A stretch of DNA of 64,000 nucleotides, from the NCBI RefSeq assembly GCF_963676685.1, contig NC_092355.1, positions 81,282,001 through 81,346,000 of the forward strand, given 5' to 3'. A program made the position numbers and the translations under genes. The notes beneath the pieces are model-generated. The model was not told the origin of the DNA. It was given only the letters and a program-made list of their open reading frames with translations, and did not search any database. The DNA is from Mytilus edulis. Lineage: Eukaryota. Shown one piece after another: positions 12,801 through 24,419 of the stretch. Every line of letters begins with the position of its first letter. The first letter of the stretch is position 1.

Positions 12801-13799
12801 TTTAAATTCTCCCTCGCCCTGCTCGTCCGAATTTAAAGCATTTAATTTCTAATTCAATAGGCTATAAACAAGACAAACACAGATATAGGATTAGTTGCTC
12901 GCAGTAACATCTTATTTTCTCTTGCGATACAATATTTTATTTTACTGAATTGTACATATTTCTTCAATCGAAACATTATATAAACACATGACATATAACA
13001 TTGTTCCTCTTTCGCATCGTTTCTTTTCCCCCGGCTAATGCCTCCAACGCCTGTACGTACAATAAACATAGCAGCAACTGCACATATACCTATGTGACCA
13101 ACTTCAATCCGACGTAACTGCGAGCACCTTCGATACTAATACATTTAAATCCCAAAGTTTATATAGTACCTTTAAACCCCACCCATAAAAACCGCCAAAA
13201 CTTTCCTCGTGCCTCCTGCACCTAACATCAAACTTATAAATAGTACATACTGTTACAAAACCAGTATCCGAACTAGTTATACTAGTTCCCATCTGTAAAT
13301 ATTAACTACAAATAGCAAACGGGAAAAACCCTATTTCAAACGAAATAAAATACATTTAAATTCTCCCTCGCCCTGCTCGTCCGAATTTAAAGCATTTAAT
13401 TTCTAATTCAATAGGCTATAAACAAGACAAACACAGATATAGGATTAGTTGCTCGCAGTAACATCGAAACAAAGGAAATGAAACAGTTCAGAATAAGATG
13501 CTGATATAAAAAGTCTTTGAGATATTGCTAATTGAAGATAAATCTTCAACCACTAAACTGGACCAATATCAGTTTCAAGTCAATAATCGGAACGTCAAAT
13601 ACGACATATTGAACCGGAAGCTTCCGCAATAGATGGTTATACAGACAAATGTTTTGCAAATCTTGAATCGATGGATAATTTCTCAAACTGTTTTCTTTGA
13701 TTCTGTAAATAGAAGAACACAATCAAAACTTCATACATACATGTACTTGTATCTTAATCAGATAAACATTAAACTCTATAGATATATACATATTTCCTA

Positions 13800-14050
13800 T
13801 CTATATACATCAACTTCTAATCATAGTATGTGATTCTTTATGTTACACACTGCAACATAGCTCATGAAAGTCTAAACATATATGCATCTCAGATCTACAT
13901 ACATCAACTTCTAATCACACTGTGATCCTTTATGTCACACTGCGCAACATAGCTCATGAAAATCTAAACATATATGCATCTCAGATCTACATACATCAAC
14001 TTCATATCACACTGTGTGATCCTATTGTTACATTCATAAAAATCTAAACA
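13800..14050 (+). repeat. ~92-bp tandem repeat (about 2.5-3 degenerate copies) inside the insertion
   Basis: acatcaactt...tgtgat...ctcatgaaa.tctaaacatatatgcatctcagatctacat recurs at ~13807, 13901, 13993. Confidence 0.8.
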
Positions 14051-14472
14051 TATATATATATATATATATCTATTATATCAACAACAACAAAAAACAAAGT
14101 CTACAGCTATGTCTGAAGCTCTGACTTTGTACAAGGTTTCTTATTATCTTTGTTACATTTTTATTATCGATTTTAAATTAAAAAGTTTTCCACTCAATAT
14201 GTTATGTACTCATGTGTACGGACTGTAAAATATTACTGCTTACCGTTTTAAAATCTCTCCAAGTTGAACTCTTGGTACTGTCCGATTTATCTCACATAAA
14301 AACGGGCTACTTTTTATACCTACACCTGCATATTTGTGGCATCCGGGAAATAATTAGCACATACATAAGGTCTCCAATATAGTACTAAAACTCTGATCGT
14401 TTTATAGTAAATGCGACCTGCTGATAAAATAAAATCAAAATTGTGGTATTTAATGAAAAAACATATAAAATT

Positions 14473-15746
14473 GATGATTATTACAATCTCATCTTCAAAT
14501 CAATTGTATACATATATTTAATTATGTACAAAAGTTAATGCCTTCATATTTAATCTTTTGTTTTCTGTATATTAATTTAACTATACAACATCCCATGGTG
14601 CATTGTGCAACCAATCACATCGCTCCCAGCGACAACATTCCATGGTGCACTACACTGTGCAACCAATCACGTCGCAACATTCCATGGTGCACTACACTGT
14701 GCAACCAATCACATCGCTCCCAGCGACAACATTCCATGGTGCACTACACTGTGCAACCAATCACATCGCTCCCAGCGACAATATTCCATGGTGCACTACA
14801 CTGTGCAACCAATCACATCGCTCCCAGCGATCTAATAAAATAAATTTCATACATACCATTTCAAACTCATCTGTAACTCGTATCACTCTTCGTGACAAAA
14901 TCATCTCACTGCGAGAAGATTTAAACATATGTTGTTTCCATGTCTCAAATCTAGTACAAGTCTTACAAATTCTTTACCTGAACTTTGTACTGAAACAGTA
15001 ATCAGATTTTATACAAAAGGTGGACACTGTAATATTTAGTGAGCATTTCATCTATCAACTTTTAAATAAAAGTTGCATGCTTAAAAGCTGATTTGTTTTT
15101 CATATTAATGAACTCAACATGGTTCACATGATGATTATTACAAGTCTCATCTTAAAATCAATTGTATACATATATTTAATAATGTACAAAAAGTTAATGC
15201 CTTCATATTTAATCTTTTGTTTTCTGTATATTAATTAAACTATACAACATCCCATGGTGCATTGTACAACCAATCACATCGCTCCCAGCGACAACATTCC
15301 ATGGTGCACTACACTGTGCAACCAATCACATCGCTCCCAGCGACAACATTCCATGGTGCACTACACTGTGCAACCAATCACATCGCTCCCAGCGACAATA
15401 TTCCATGGTGCACTACACTGTGCAACCAATCACATCGCTCCCAGCGATCTAATAAAATAAATTTCATACATACCATTTCAAACTCATCTGTAACTCGTAT
15501 CACTCTCCGTGACAAAATCATCTCACTGCGAGAAGATTTAAACATATGTTGTTTCCATGTCTCAAATCTAGTACAAGTCTTACAAATTCTTTACCTGAAC
15601 TTTGTACTGAAACAGTAATCAGATTTATACAAAAGGTGGACACTGCAATATTTAGTGAGCATTTCATCTATCAACTTTTAAATAAAAGTTGCATGCTTAA
15701 AAGCTGATTTGTTTTTCATATTAATGAACTCAACATGGTTCACATG
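14473..15746 (+). repeat. ~620-660-bp tandem duplication inside the insertion, each half with a 52-bp minisatellite (5 and 4 copies)
   Basis: Blocks start gatgattattacaa at ~14473 and ~15130. The unit ccatggtgcactacactgtgcaaccaatcacatcgctcccagcgacaacatt is at 14593-14830 and 15252-15447. Confidence 0.92.
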
Positions 15747-16457
15747 GTTCAGTATTGAATGGAAATATATAACCAAATTCTATAGTATTTTAAAATAAAA
15801 TCATAAACCTGTAAAACGGTTTTTTAAAAAACAAGAACACAAATATATTGATTTTCGCTTCTAACTTAATAATTCGTTCCAGGCATGATTTCAGAATGTA
15901 AATAAAGTCAACATTATACTCAACTCCGTCATGTGAAAACATGTTCCTCTTTCGCATCGTTTCTTTTCCCCCGGCTAATGCCTCCAACGCCTGTACGTAC
16001 AATAAACATAGCAGCAACTGCACATATACCTATGTGACCAACTTCAATCCGACGTAACTGCGAGCACCTTCGATACTAATACATTTAAATCCCAAAGTTT
16101 ATATAGTACCTTTAAACCCCACCCATAAAAACCGCCAAAACTTTCCTCGTGCCTCCTGCACCTAACATCAAACTTATAAATAGTACATACTGTTACAAAA
16201 CCAGTATCCGAACTAGTTATACTAGTTCCCATCTGTAAATATTAACTACAAATAGCAAACGGGAAAAACCCTATTTCAAACGAAATAAAATACATTTACC
16301 GAGATCGCGTAATGGATTTTACAAGTTATTTTTAAGGGTGTCTTCGTCGAGGTCCGCGTTCGTCTGTTATAAATAAACGAGGCCTGGAATGGCGTTATTT
16401 TCAAATCGTTATTCGTAGTATAAACTTCGTAAAGGATAATATTTTGAATCATTCAAA

Positions 16458-17033
16458 ATGGCAGACGCAACAGCAGCACCAGCAGTAGCACCAGCTAAAT
16501 CACCAAAGAAAAAGGCAGCAGCCAAGCCAAAGAAGCCTTCCGCACATCCTAAATACAGCGAGATGATTGGAAAAGCCATCGCCGCTTTGAAAGAACGTGG
16601 AGGTTCTTCAAGGCAAGCAATTCTGAAGTACATCATGGCCAACTTCAACGTCGGAAAAGATGCCAAGTCAGTAAATGCTCATTTAAAACTTGCACTCAGA
16701 GCCGGAGTTAAGAACAACAGTTTGAAGCAGTCCAAGGGAACTGGAGCATCCGGATCTTTCAGAATTGGAGAGGCTAAAGTAGTTAAAAAGAAGCCAGCAA
16801 AGGCAAAGAAAGCAGCCAAACCTAAGGCCGCCAAGCCGAAGAAGGCAAAGAGCACACCCAAGAAGAAGAAGCCAGCAGCAAAGAAACCAGCTGGAGAAAA
16901 AAAGGCTGCCAAACCAAAGGCAAAAAAACCAGCAGCAAAGAAAGCAGCCAAGCCAAAGAAGCCAGCAGCCAAGTCACCAGCAAAAAAGAAGGCAGCCAAA
17001 CCAAAAGCCAAGAAGACACCAAAGAAGAAGTAA
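16458..17033 (+). CDS. H1: Histone H1, copy 4 (promoter interrupted by a 3.5-kb insertion)
   Basis: Identical 191-aa ORF; only 159 bp of native upstream sequence remain contiguous. Confidence 0.98.
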   Translation: MADATAAPAVAPAKSPKKKAAAKPKKPSAHPKYSEMIGKAIAALKERGGSSRQAILKYIMANFNVGKDAKSVNAHLKLALRAGVKNNSLKQSKGTGASGSFRIGEAKVVKKKPAKAKKAAKPKAAKPKKAKSTPKKKKPAAKKPAGEKKAAKPKAKKPAAKKAAKPKKPAAKSPAKKKAAKPKAKKTPKKK

Positions 17034-20000
17034 ACTGTTCCAGACTTCAGTCTGCAGAGGCTATTCAGCCACCAAAAGCCCTTTTAAGGGCTACCCAATT
17101 TATTCAAAAAGAATCTACAATTGTTGTACATTAGTTATCAAACTAAATCTAGCTGAGCCCTACCCTTTTCTTTACTTTTCTCTGAACTTTGCACTGGTCT
17201 CTGAAATATTTTTTGGGGTCACATTATTTCCATTGTTTGTTTTATTTCACTCCTTATGACTATACTATTTCTAACACCTAAGTATGCAGCTGGGTTTTTT
17301 TTTTTTTTTTGATATATTTTGTGTAGTTAGGCACCATTAAAGTTATATCAGTGTATTTTCACGCACTTATTTGAACTGAATATAACTTTTTCTATTCAGT
17401 TTTCGTTAGAGTGACAATCTACGAAAATAGGAAGTCATGCTAGGGTTTTATTGTGCTCTTTTTTTTAGGGGGAAGGGGGTCAAAATCACACAGCTAACCT
17501 TCAACCGAAAAATCATTTTTGTCATTATGTGAGTTTTTCCATTTCTCTCTTCTTCTTCGTATTCAACTTGACTGACATTTTTTGTTGGACTTTTTCTACA
17601 CGTAAGCAAAGTCAAAGGTTGGCTCTCTATTTCATATCAACTAGTCAATGGGGAGGTAACTCTAAAATTAAACTCAGTACTTTTTTTCAGAACTATATAA
17701 ATAAACTGTTAAAATGTACATAATACAAAAGATGTATAACGTATCGTAAAAATCAGATTAGTAGCAAATGAATGCAGTGACGTTTGTCTGTTATTTATTT
17801 ATTTTTTTATTTATTACTTGTCAAAATTACTACAATAATATTGTGTATTAAAAGTTAAAAGGAAACTCTAAAGTATGGAGGTTTTTGTTCAACCTTTAAC
17901 AGTTCTGCAATTATTTTGTCATTTTATTACCTGCGATTTATTATGCAAATTTCACTATTCTCTACCTTTCGAATTTCATCTTTGTTTTACTCGTGTATAA
18001 AATAAATGCACCTACTTGTTTCTATGTTTCTTTCAAATGGTTGTCCTGTGTTTTTTCTCTTCTTTTTTCTCTCTGTTATTTAGTGCGCGACGACTTGACT
18101 GTATCTTTGCTATGTCATTTTAATCTTTCCACAGCACGCGAGGTGAATAAACCCGAAACAATACAGTGACGTCACACGTGACTACTGTGATGAACAGAAA
18201 CAAGGATGGATGGACGGACAGTGGTACAAAAAGTAAGAAAAAGTTATTTCTCTGATAAAAGGTATCGCGTGAATTGTAGGTTCACGGTATAGGTTTTTTC
18301 TCTCATTTTTGAAGATCATATATACAGTTGTCTATAATTGCTTACATCCACTTCCTTTGAACTATGGTGGATAGTTGTCTCATTGGCAATCATACCACAT
18401 CTCCTTATTTTCATATTGAAATGACAGCAACTTAACGACACACACAAACATAGCCTGCTAGTATATACGTACATGGGAGACTGAAAAATTCTGTGCTTAT
18501 TGGTAAATGATAAAAAAAAACATTAAAACTTTAAGGTATGCTATGACTAAGCTTTAAATATAAGGTAGATAGGGAGTAGGAAACACACATATTTTTTTTT
18601 TTTATTTGGCCTTAATGAAGAAGAAAAGCACACACACAATATATTAGAACTTGTACTAACATCCATTAAACGCTATGCTAATATATGTCTTTAAAAGAGA
18701 ACCATTATTTTATTTTAATTTATTTTTTCTTCGTTTCAATCTTGGTTTTTGATTCTTTTTACATTAAATCTGTTTTTACTGTTGCAATAGTTTACAAATA
18801 TTTTTAGTCCAAATACAATTCATTGATAATATATCCCCCCTTTTTTGTCCGGATTTTTTTTTTTTTTTTTTTTTTGAAAAAGGGGGGGGGGGCTGGAGGT
18901 TTAGTTAAATGCAGTGGAAAAATGTTTTGCCCAAAGTCCAATGGTTCACACTGATGTGTTTTTGTCCTTCTGTCTCTTTTTAATCGTCCGTGTCACGGGA
19001 TGCTGCTTCACCCTTTACCGGTTCTGGTTTCACTTGCATAGCTTATATAGGTATAATGCATATGTATAGCCAGAGTCTTCACTGTGACACACATTCCCCT
19101 TTTTGAGGGGAAATAAATAACTTTTGTAATTGTCAATTAAGATACAAATGATATGTACCACTGTCGAATTATAAAACTACAAAAATCTTCGTGTTTTGTT
19201 TTTGTTTTGTTGATTTTTTTTGTTTGTATCGAAACTTTCAGGCGGCCAGGCCACTTTGAGCTCAGATCATCGGTTATTGATAATAAAATTAATGAAATAT
19301 ATTTTGTTGAAAAATATGGTATATTCGATAAGACATATTCGAGTTTTTGACTTGAAAGTGCGCAAATTGTACATGCAAATGGAAATAAAAGCGAAGACGC
19401 ATCATACAGAACAGTTGTTCAGTGCCTCAGATCCACTGAAAACAAAGTCGCTCTCTGAAAAGTTCCCAACGCTAGATTAAATAAAAAGATGTTTCAAATT
19501 CGTATTCTAGATATTGGGTTTGTTCATTCGACTCTTGAATGTTTGCGAAATTTCGCTCGGGTTGAATAAAAATGTTATTTGAAGTTTTAGTAAAAATCTG
19601 CAATTAAACAATGGCGCGTGAACTTTTTGTGTGTTTCCCTCTAGCTGGAAACAAACTTATTACGAGGAGGAACATGCTTCCAGTGAATAAAAACGGAAAG
19701 AAACCTAAAGAGAAATGATTTTTCTTCCTCTGTACAATTTTACGACGATAGAATATTTGTGTAATGAGAAAAACTCGTAAATTTTCTGTCAACATACCTG
19801 CGAAGACAATTCAGTCGGTTCTACTTTAACTATTAATATCTTTTTACTGTGTACATCGAAAAATACACAGTTTATCTAACATGCAAGATTAATGACTGTT
19901 GAGCAATTTGGTATGCTATATGTGAATGTTTTTGATAGAATTATACTATAAATTATCATAAAAGTCTTCGAAGAAGCACATAATCATTTTACCGAGATCG

Positions 20001-20150
20001 CGTAATGGATTTTACAAGTTATTTTTAAGGGTGTCTTCGTCGAGGTCCGCGTTCGTCTGTTATAAATAAACGAGGCCTGGAATGGCGTTATTTTCAAATC
20101 GTTATTCGTAGTATAAACTTCGTAAAGGATAATATTTTGAATCATTCAAA

Positions 20151-20724
20151 ATGGCAGACGCAACAGCAGCACCAGCAGTAGCACCAGCTAAATCACCAAG
20201 AAAAAGGCAGCAGCCAAGCCAAAGAAGCCTTCCGCACATCCTAAATACAGCGAGATGATTGGAAAAGCCATCGCCGCTTTGAAAGAACGTGGAGGTTCTT
20301 CAAGGCAAGCAATTCTGAAGTACATCATGGCCAACTTCAACGTCGGAAAAGATGCCAAGTCAGTAAATGCTCATTTAAAACTTGCACTCAGAGCCGGAGT
20401 TAAGAACAACAGTTTGAAGCAGTCCAAGGGAACTGGAGCATCCGGATCTTTCAGAATTGGAGAGGCTAAAGTAGTTAAAAAGAAGCCAGCAAAGGCAAAG
20501 AAAGCAGCCAAACCTAAGGCCGCCAGCCGAAGAAGGCAAAGAGCACACCCAAGAAGAAGAAGCCAGCAGCAAAGAAACCAGCTGGAGAAAAAAAGGCTGC
20601 CAAACCAAAGGCAAAAAAACCAGCAGCAAAGAAAGCAGCCAAGCCAAAGAAGCCAGCAGCCAAGTCACCAGCAAAAAAGAAGGCAGCCAAACCAAAAGCC
20701 AAGAAGACACCAAAGAAGAAGTAA
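20151..20724 (+). pseudogene. H1: Histone H1, copy 5, frameshifted (two 1-nt deletions; possibly sequencing/assembly error)
   Basis: caccaagaaaaagg (~20198) vs caccaaagaaaaagg, and gccagccg (~20525) vs gccaagccg; 574 bp instead of 576. Confidence 0.8.
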
Positions 20725-23700
20725 ACTGTTCCAGACTTCAGTCTGCAGAGGCTATTCAGCCACCAAAAGCCCTTTTAAGGGCTACCCAATTTATTCAAAA
20801 AGAATCTACAATTGTTGTACATTAGTTATCAAACTAAATCTAGCTGAGCCCTACCCTTTTCTTTACTTTTCTCTGAACTTTGCACTGGTCTCTGAAATAT
20901 TTTTTGGGGTCACATTATTTCCATTGTTTGTTTTATTTCACTCCTTATGACTATACTATTTCTAACACCTAAGTATGCAGCTGGGTTTTTTTTTTTTTTT
21001 TGATATATTTTGTGTAGTTAGGCACCATTAAAGTTATATCAGTGTATTTTCACGCACTTATTTGAACTGAATATAACTTTTTCTATTCAGTTTTCGTTAG
21101 AGTGACAATCTACGAAAATAGGAAGTCATGCTAGGGTTTTATTGTGCTCTTTTTTTTAGGGGGAAGGGGGGTCAAAATCACACAGCTAACCTTCAACCGA
21201 AAAATCATTTTTGTCATTATGTGAGTTTTTCCATTTCTCTCTTCTTCTTCGTATTCAACTTGACTGACATTTTTTGTTGGACTTTTTCTACACGTAAGCA
21301 AAGTCAAAGGTTGGCTCTCTATTTCATATCAACTAGTCAATGGGGAGGTAACTCTAAAATTAAACTCAGTACTTTTTTTCAGAACTATATAAATAAACTG
21401 TTAAAATGTACATAATACAAAAGATGTATAACGTATCGTAAAAATCAGATTAGTAGCAAATGAATGCAGTGACGTTTGTCTGTTATTTATTTATTTTTTT
21501 ATTTATTACTTGTCAAAATTACTACAATAATATTGTGTATTAAAAGTTAAAAGGAAACTCTAAAGTATGGAGGTTTTTGTTCAACCTTTAACAGTTCTGC
21601 AATTATTTTGTCATTTTATTACCTGCGATTTATTATGCAAATTTCACTATTCTCTACCTTTCGAATTTCATCTTTGTTTTACTCGTGTATAAAATAAATG
21701 CACCTACTTGTTTCTATGTTTCTTTCAAATGGTTGTCCTGTGTTTTTTCTCTTCTTTTTTCTCTCTGTTATTTAGTGCGCGACGACTTGACTGTATCTTT
21801 GCTATGTCATTTTAATCTTTCCACAGCACGCGAGGTGAATAAACCCGAAACAATACAGTGACGTCACACGTGACTACTGTGATGAACAGAAACAAGGATG
21901 GATGGACGGACAGTGGTACAAAAAGTAAGAAAAAGTTATTTCTCTGATAAAAGGTATCGCGTGAATTGTAGGTTCACGGTATAGGTTTTTTCTCTCATTT
22001 TTGAAGATCATATATACAGTTGTCTATAATTGCTTACATCCACTTCCTTTGAACTATGGTGGATAGTTGTCTCATTGGCAATCATACCACATCTCCTTAT
22101 TTTCATATTGAAATGACAGCAACTTAACGACACACACAAACATAGCCTGCTAGTATATACGTACATGGGAGACTGAAAAATTCTGTGCTTATTGGTAAAT
22201 GATAAAAAAAAACATTAAAACTTTAAGGTATGCTATGACTAAGCTTTAAATATAAGGTAGATAGGGAGTAGGAAACACACATATTTTTTTTTTTTATTTG
22301 GCCTTAATGAAGAAGAAAAGCACACACACAATATATTAGAACTTGTACTAACATCCATTAAACGCTATGCTAATATATGTCTTTAAAAGAGAACCATTAT
22401 TTTATTTTAATTTATTTTTTCTTCGTTTCAATCTTGGTTTTTGATTCTTTTTACATTAAATCTGTTTTTACTGTTGCAATAGTTTACAAATATTTTTAGT
22501 CCAAATACAATTCATTGATAATATATCCCCCCTTTTTTGTCCGGATTTTTTTTTTTTTTTTTTTTTTGAAAAAGGGGGGGGGGGCTGGAGGTTTAGTTAA
22601 ATGCAGTGGAAAAATGTTTTGCCCAAAGTCCAATGGTTCACACTGATGTGTTTTTGTCCTTCTGTCTCTTTTTAATCGTCCGTGTCACGGGATGCTGCTT
22701 CACCTTTACCGGTTCTGGTTTCACTTGCATAGCTTATATAGGTATAATGCATATGTATAGCCAGAGTCTTCACTGTGACACACATTCCCCTTTTTGAGGG
22801 GAAATAAATAACTTTTGTAATTGTCAATTAAGATACAAATGATATGTACCACTGTCGAATTATAAAACTACAAAAATCTTCGTGTTTTGTTTTTGTTTTG
22901 TTGATTTTTTTTTGTTTGTATCGAAACTTTCAGGCGGCCAGGCCACTTTGAGCTCAGATCATCGGTTATTGATAATAAAATTAATGAAATATATTTTGTT
23001 GAAAAATATGGTATATTCGATAAGACATATTCGAGTTTTTGACTTGAAAGTGCGCAAATTGTACATGCAAATGGAAATAAAAGCGAAGACGCATCATACA
23101 GAACAGTTGTTCAGTGCCTCAGATCCACTGAAAACAAAGTCGCTCTCTGAAAAGTTCCCAACGCTAGATTAAATAAAAAGATGTTTCAAATTCGTATTCT
23201 AGATATTGGGTTTGTTCATTCGACTCTTGAATGTTTGCGAAATTTCGCTCGGGTTGAATAAAAATGTTATTTGAAGTTTTAGTAAAAAATCTGCAATTAA
23301 ACAATGGCGCGTGAACTTTTTGTGTGTTTCCCTCTAGCTGGAAACAAACTTATTACGAGGAGGAACATGCTTCCAGTGAATAAAAACGGAAAGAAACCTA
23401 AAGAGAAATGATTTTTCTTCCTCTGTACAATTTTACGACGATAGAATATTTGTGTAATGAGAAAAACTCGTAAATTTTCTGTCAACATACCTGCGAAGAC
23501 AATTCAGTCGGTTCTACTTTAACTATTAATATCTTTTTACTGTGTACATCGAAAAATACACAGTTTATCTAACATGCAAGATTAATGACTGTTGAGCAAT
23601 TTGGTATGCTATATGTGAATGTTTTTGATAGAATTATACTATAAATTATCATAAAAGTCTTCGAAGAAGCACATAATCATTTTACCGAGATCGCGTAATG

Positions 23701-23843
23701 GATTTTACAAGTTATTTTTAAGGGTGTCTTCGTCGAGGTCCGCGTTCGTCTGTTATAAATAAACGAGGCCTGGAATGGCGTTATTTTCAAATCGTTATTC
23801 GTAGTATAAACTTCGTAAAGGATAATATTTTGAATCATTCAAA

Positions 23844-24419
23844 ATGGCAGACGCAACAGCAGCACCAGCAGTAGCACCAGCTAAATCACCAAAGAAAAAG
23901 GCAGCAGCCAAGCCAAAGAAGCCTTCCGCACATCCTAAATACAGCGAGATGATTGGAAAAGCCATCGCCGCTTTGAAAGAACGTGGAGGTTCTTCAAGGC
24001 AAGCAATTCTGAAGTACATCATGGCCAACTTCAACGTCGGAAAAGATGCCAAGTCAGTAAATGCTCATTTAAAACTTGCACTCAGAGCCGGAGTTAAGAA
24101 CAACAGTTTGAAGCAGTCCAAGGGAACTGGAGCATCCGGATCTTTCAGAATTGGAGAGGCTAAAGTAGTTTAAAAGAAGCCAGCAAAGGCAAAGAAAGCA
24201 GCCAAACCTAAGGCCGCCAAGCCGAAGAAGGCAAAGAGCACACCCAAGAAGAAGAAGCCAGCAGCAAAGAAACCAGCTGGAGAAAAAAAGGCTGCCAAAC
24301 CAAAGGCAAAAAAACCAGCAGCAAAGAAAGCAGCCAAGCCAAAGAAGCCAGCAGCCAAGTCACCAGCAAAAAAGAAGGCAGCCAAACCAAAAGCCAAGAA
24401 GACACCAAAGAAGAAGTAA
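23844..24419 (+). pseudogene. H1: Histone H1, copy 6, premature stop after V109 (possibly sequencing/assembly error)
   Basis: gtt TAA aag at 24171-24173 instead of gtt AAA aag; the rest is identical. Confidence 0.8.

Larger units (their letters stand above)
12805..16298 (-). mobile_element. Non-autonomous split-direct-repeat element (Ngaro/PAT-like tyrosine-recombinase retrotransposon architecture), 3494 bp
   Basis: Absent from the other units (empty site aatcattttaccgag). 107-bp repeat at 12805-12911 and 13359-13465; 357-bp repeat at 13002-13358 and 15942-16298. Both pairs are identical and the inner copies abut. There is no TSD other than a shared TTTA core, and no long ORF. Confidence 0.85.

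Noticed and set aside
14593-15447. 52-bp palindromic repeats as a CRISPR-like array
   Set aside because: Head-to-tail with no unique spacers, no cas genes, eukaryotic context: a minisatellite.
14538-15618. ORFs of 68-132 aa in the insertion
   Set aside because: They arise from the stop-poor minisatellite in all three frames and show no gag, RT or recombinase motifs.
13002-16294. 357-bp direct repeats read as LTRs (they begin TGT and end ACA, with a purine-rich tract nearby), i.e. an LTR/TRIM/LARD element
   Set aside because: No TSD (acat vs ttta) and no TGG primer-binding site. The empty site shows the insertion starts ~200 bp further left with a second, 107-bp repeat. The split-direct-repeat model explains all junctions.
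20255-20950. 231-aa H1 variant with Arg/Gln-rich (protamine-like) tail
   Set aside because: Product of two 1-nt deletions in copy 5 in an error-prone stretch near the gap; it lacks the normal start and reads through the stem-loop.
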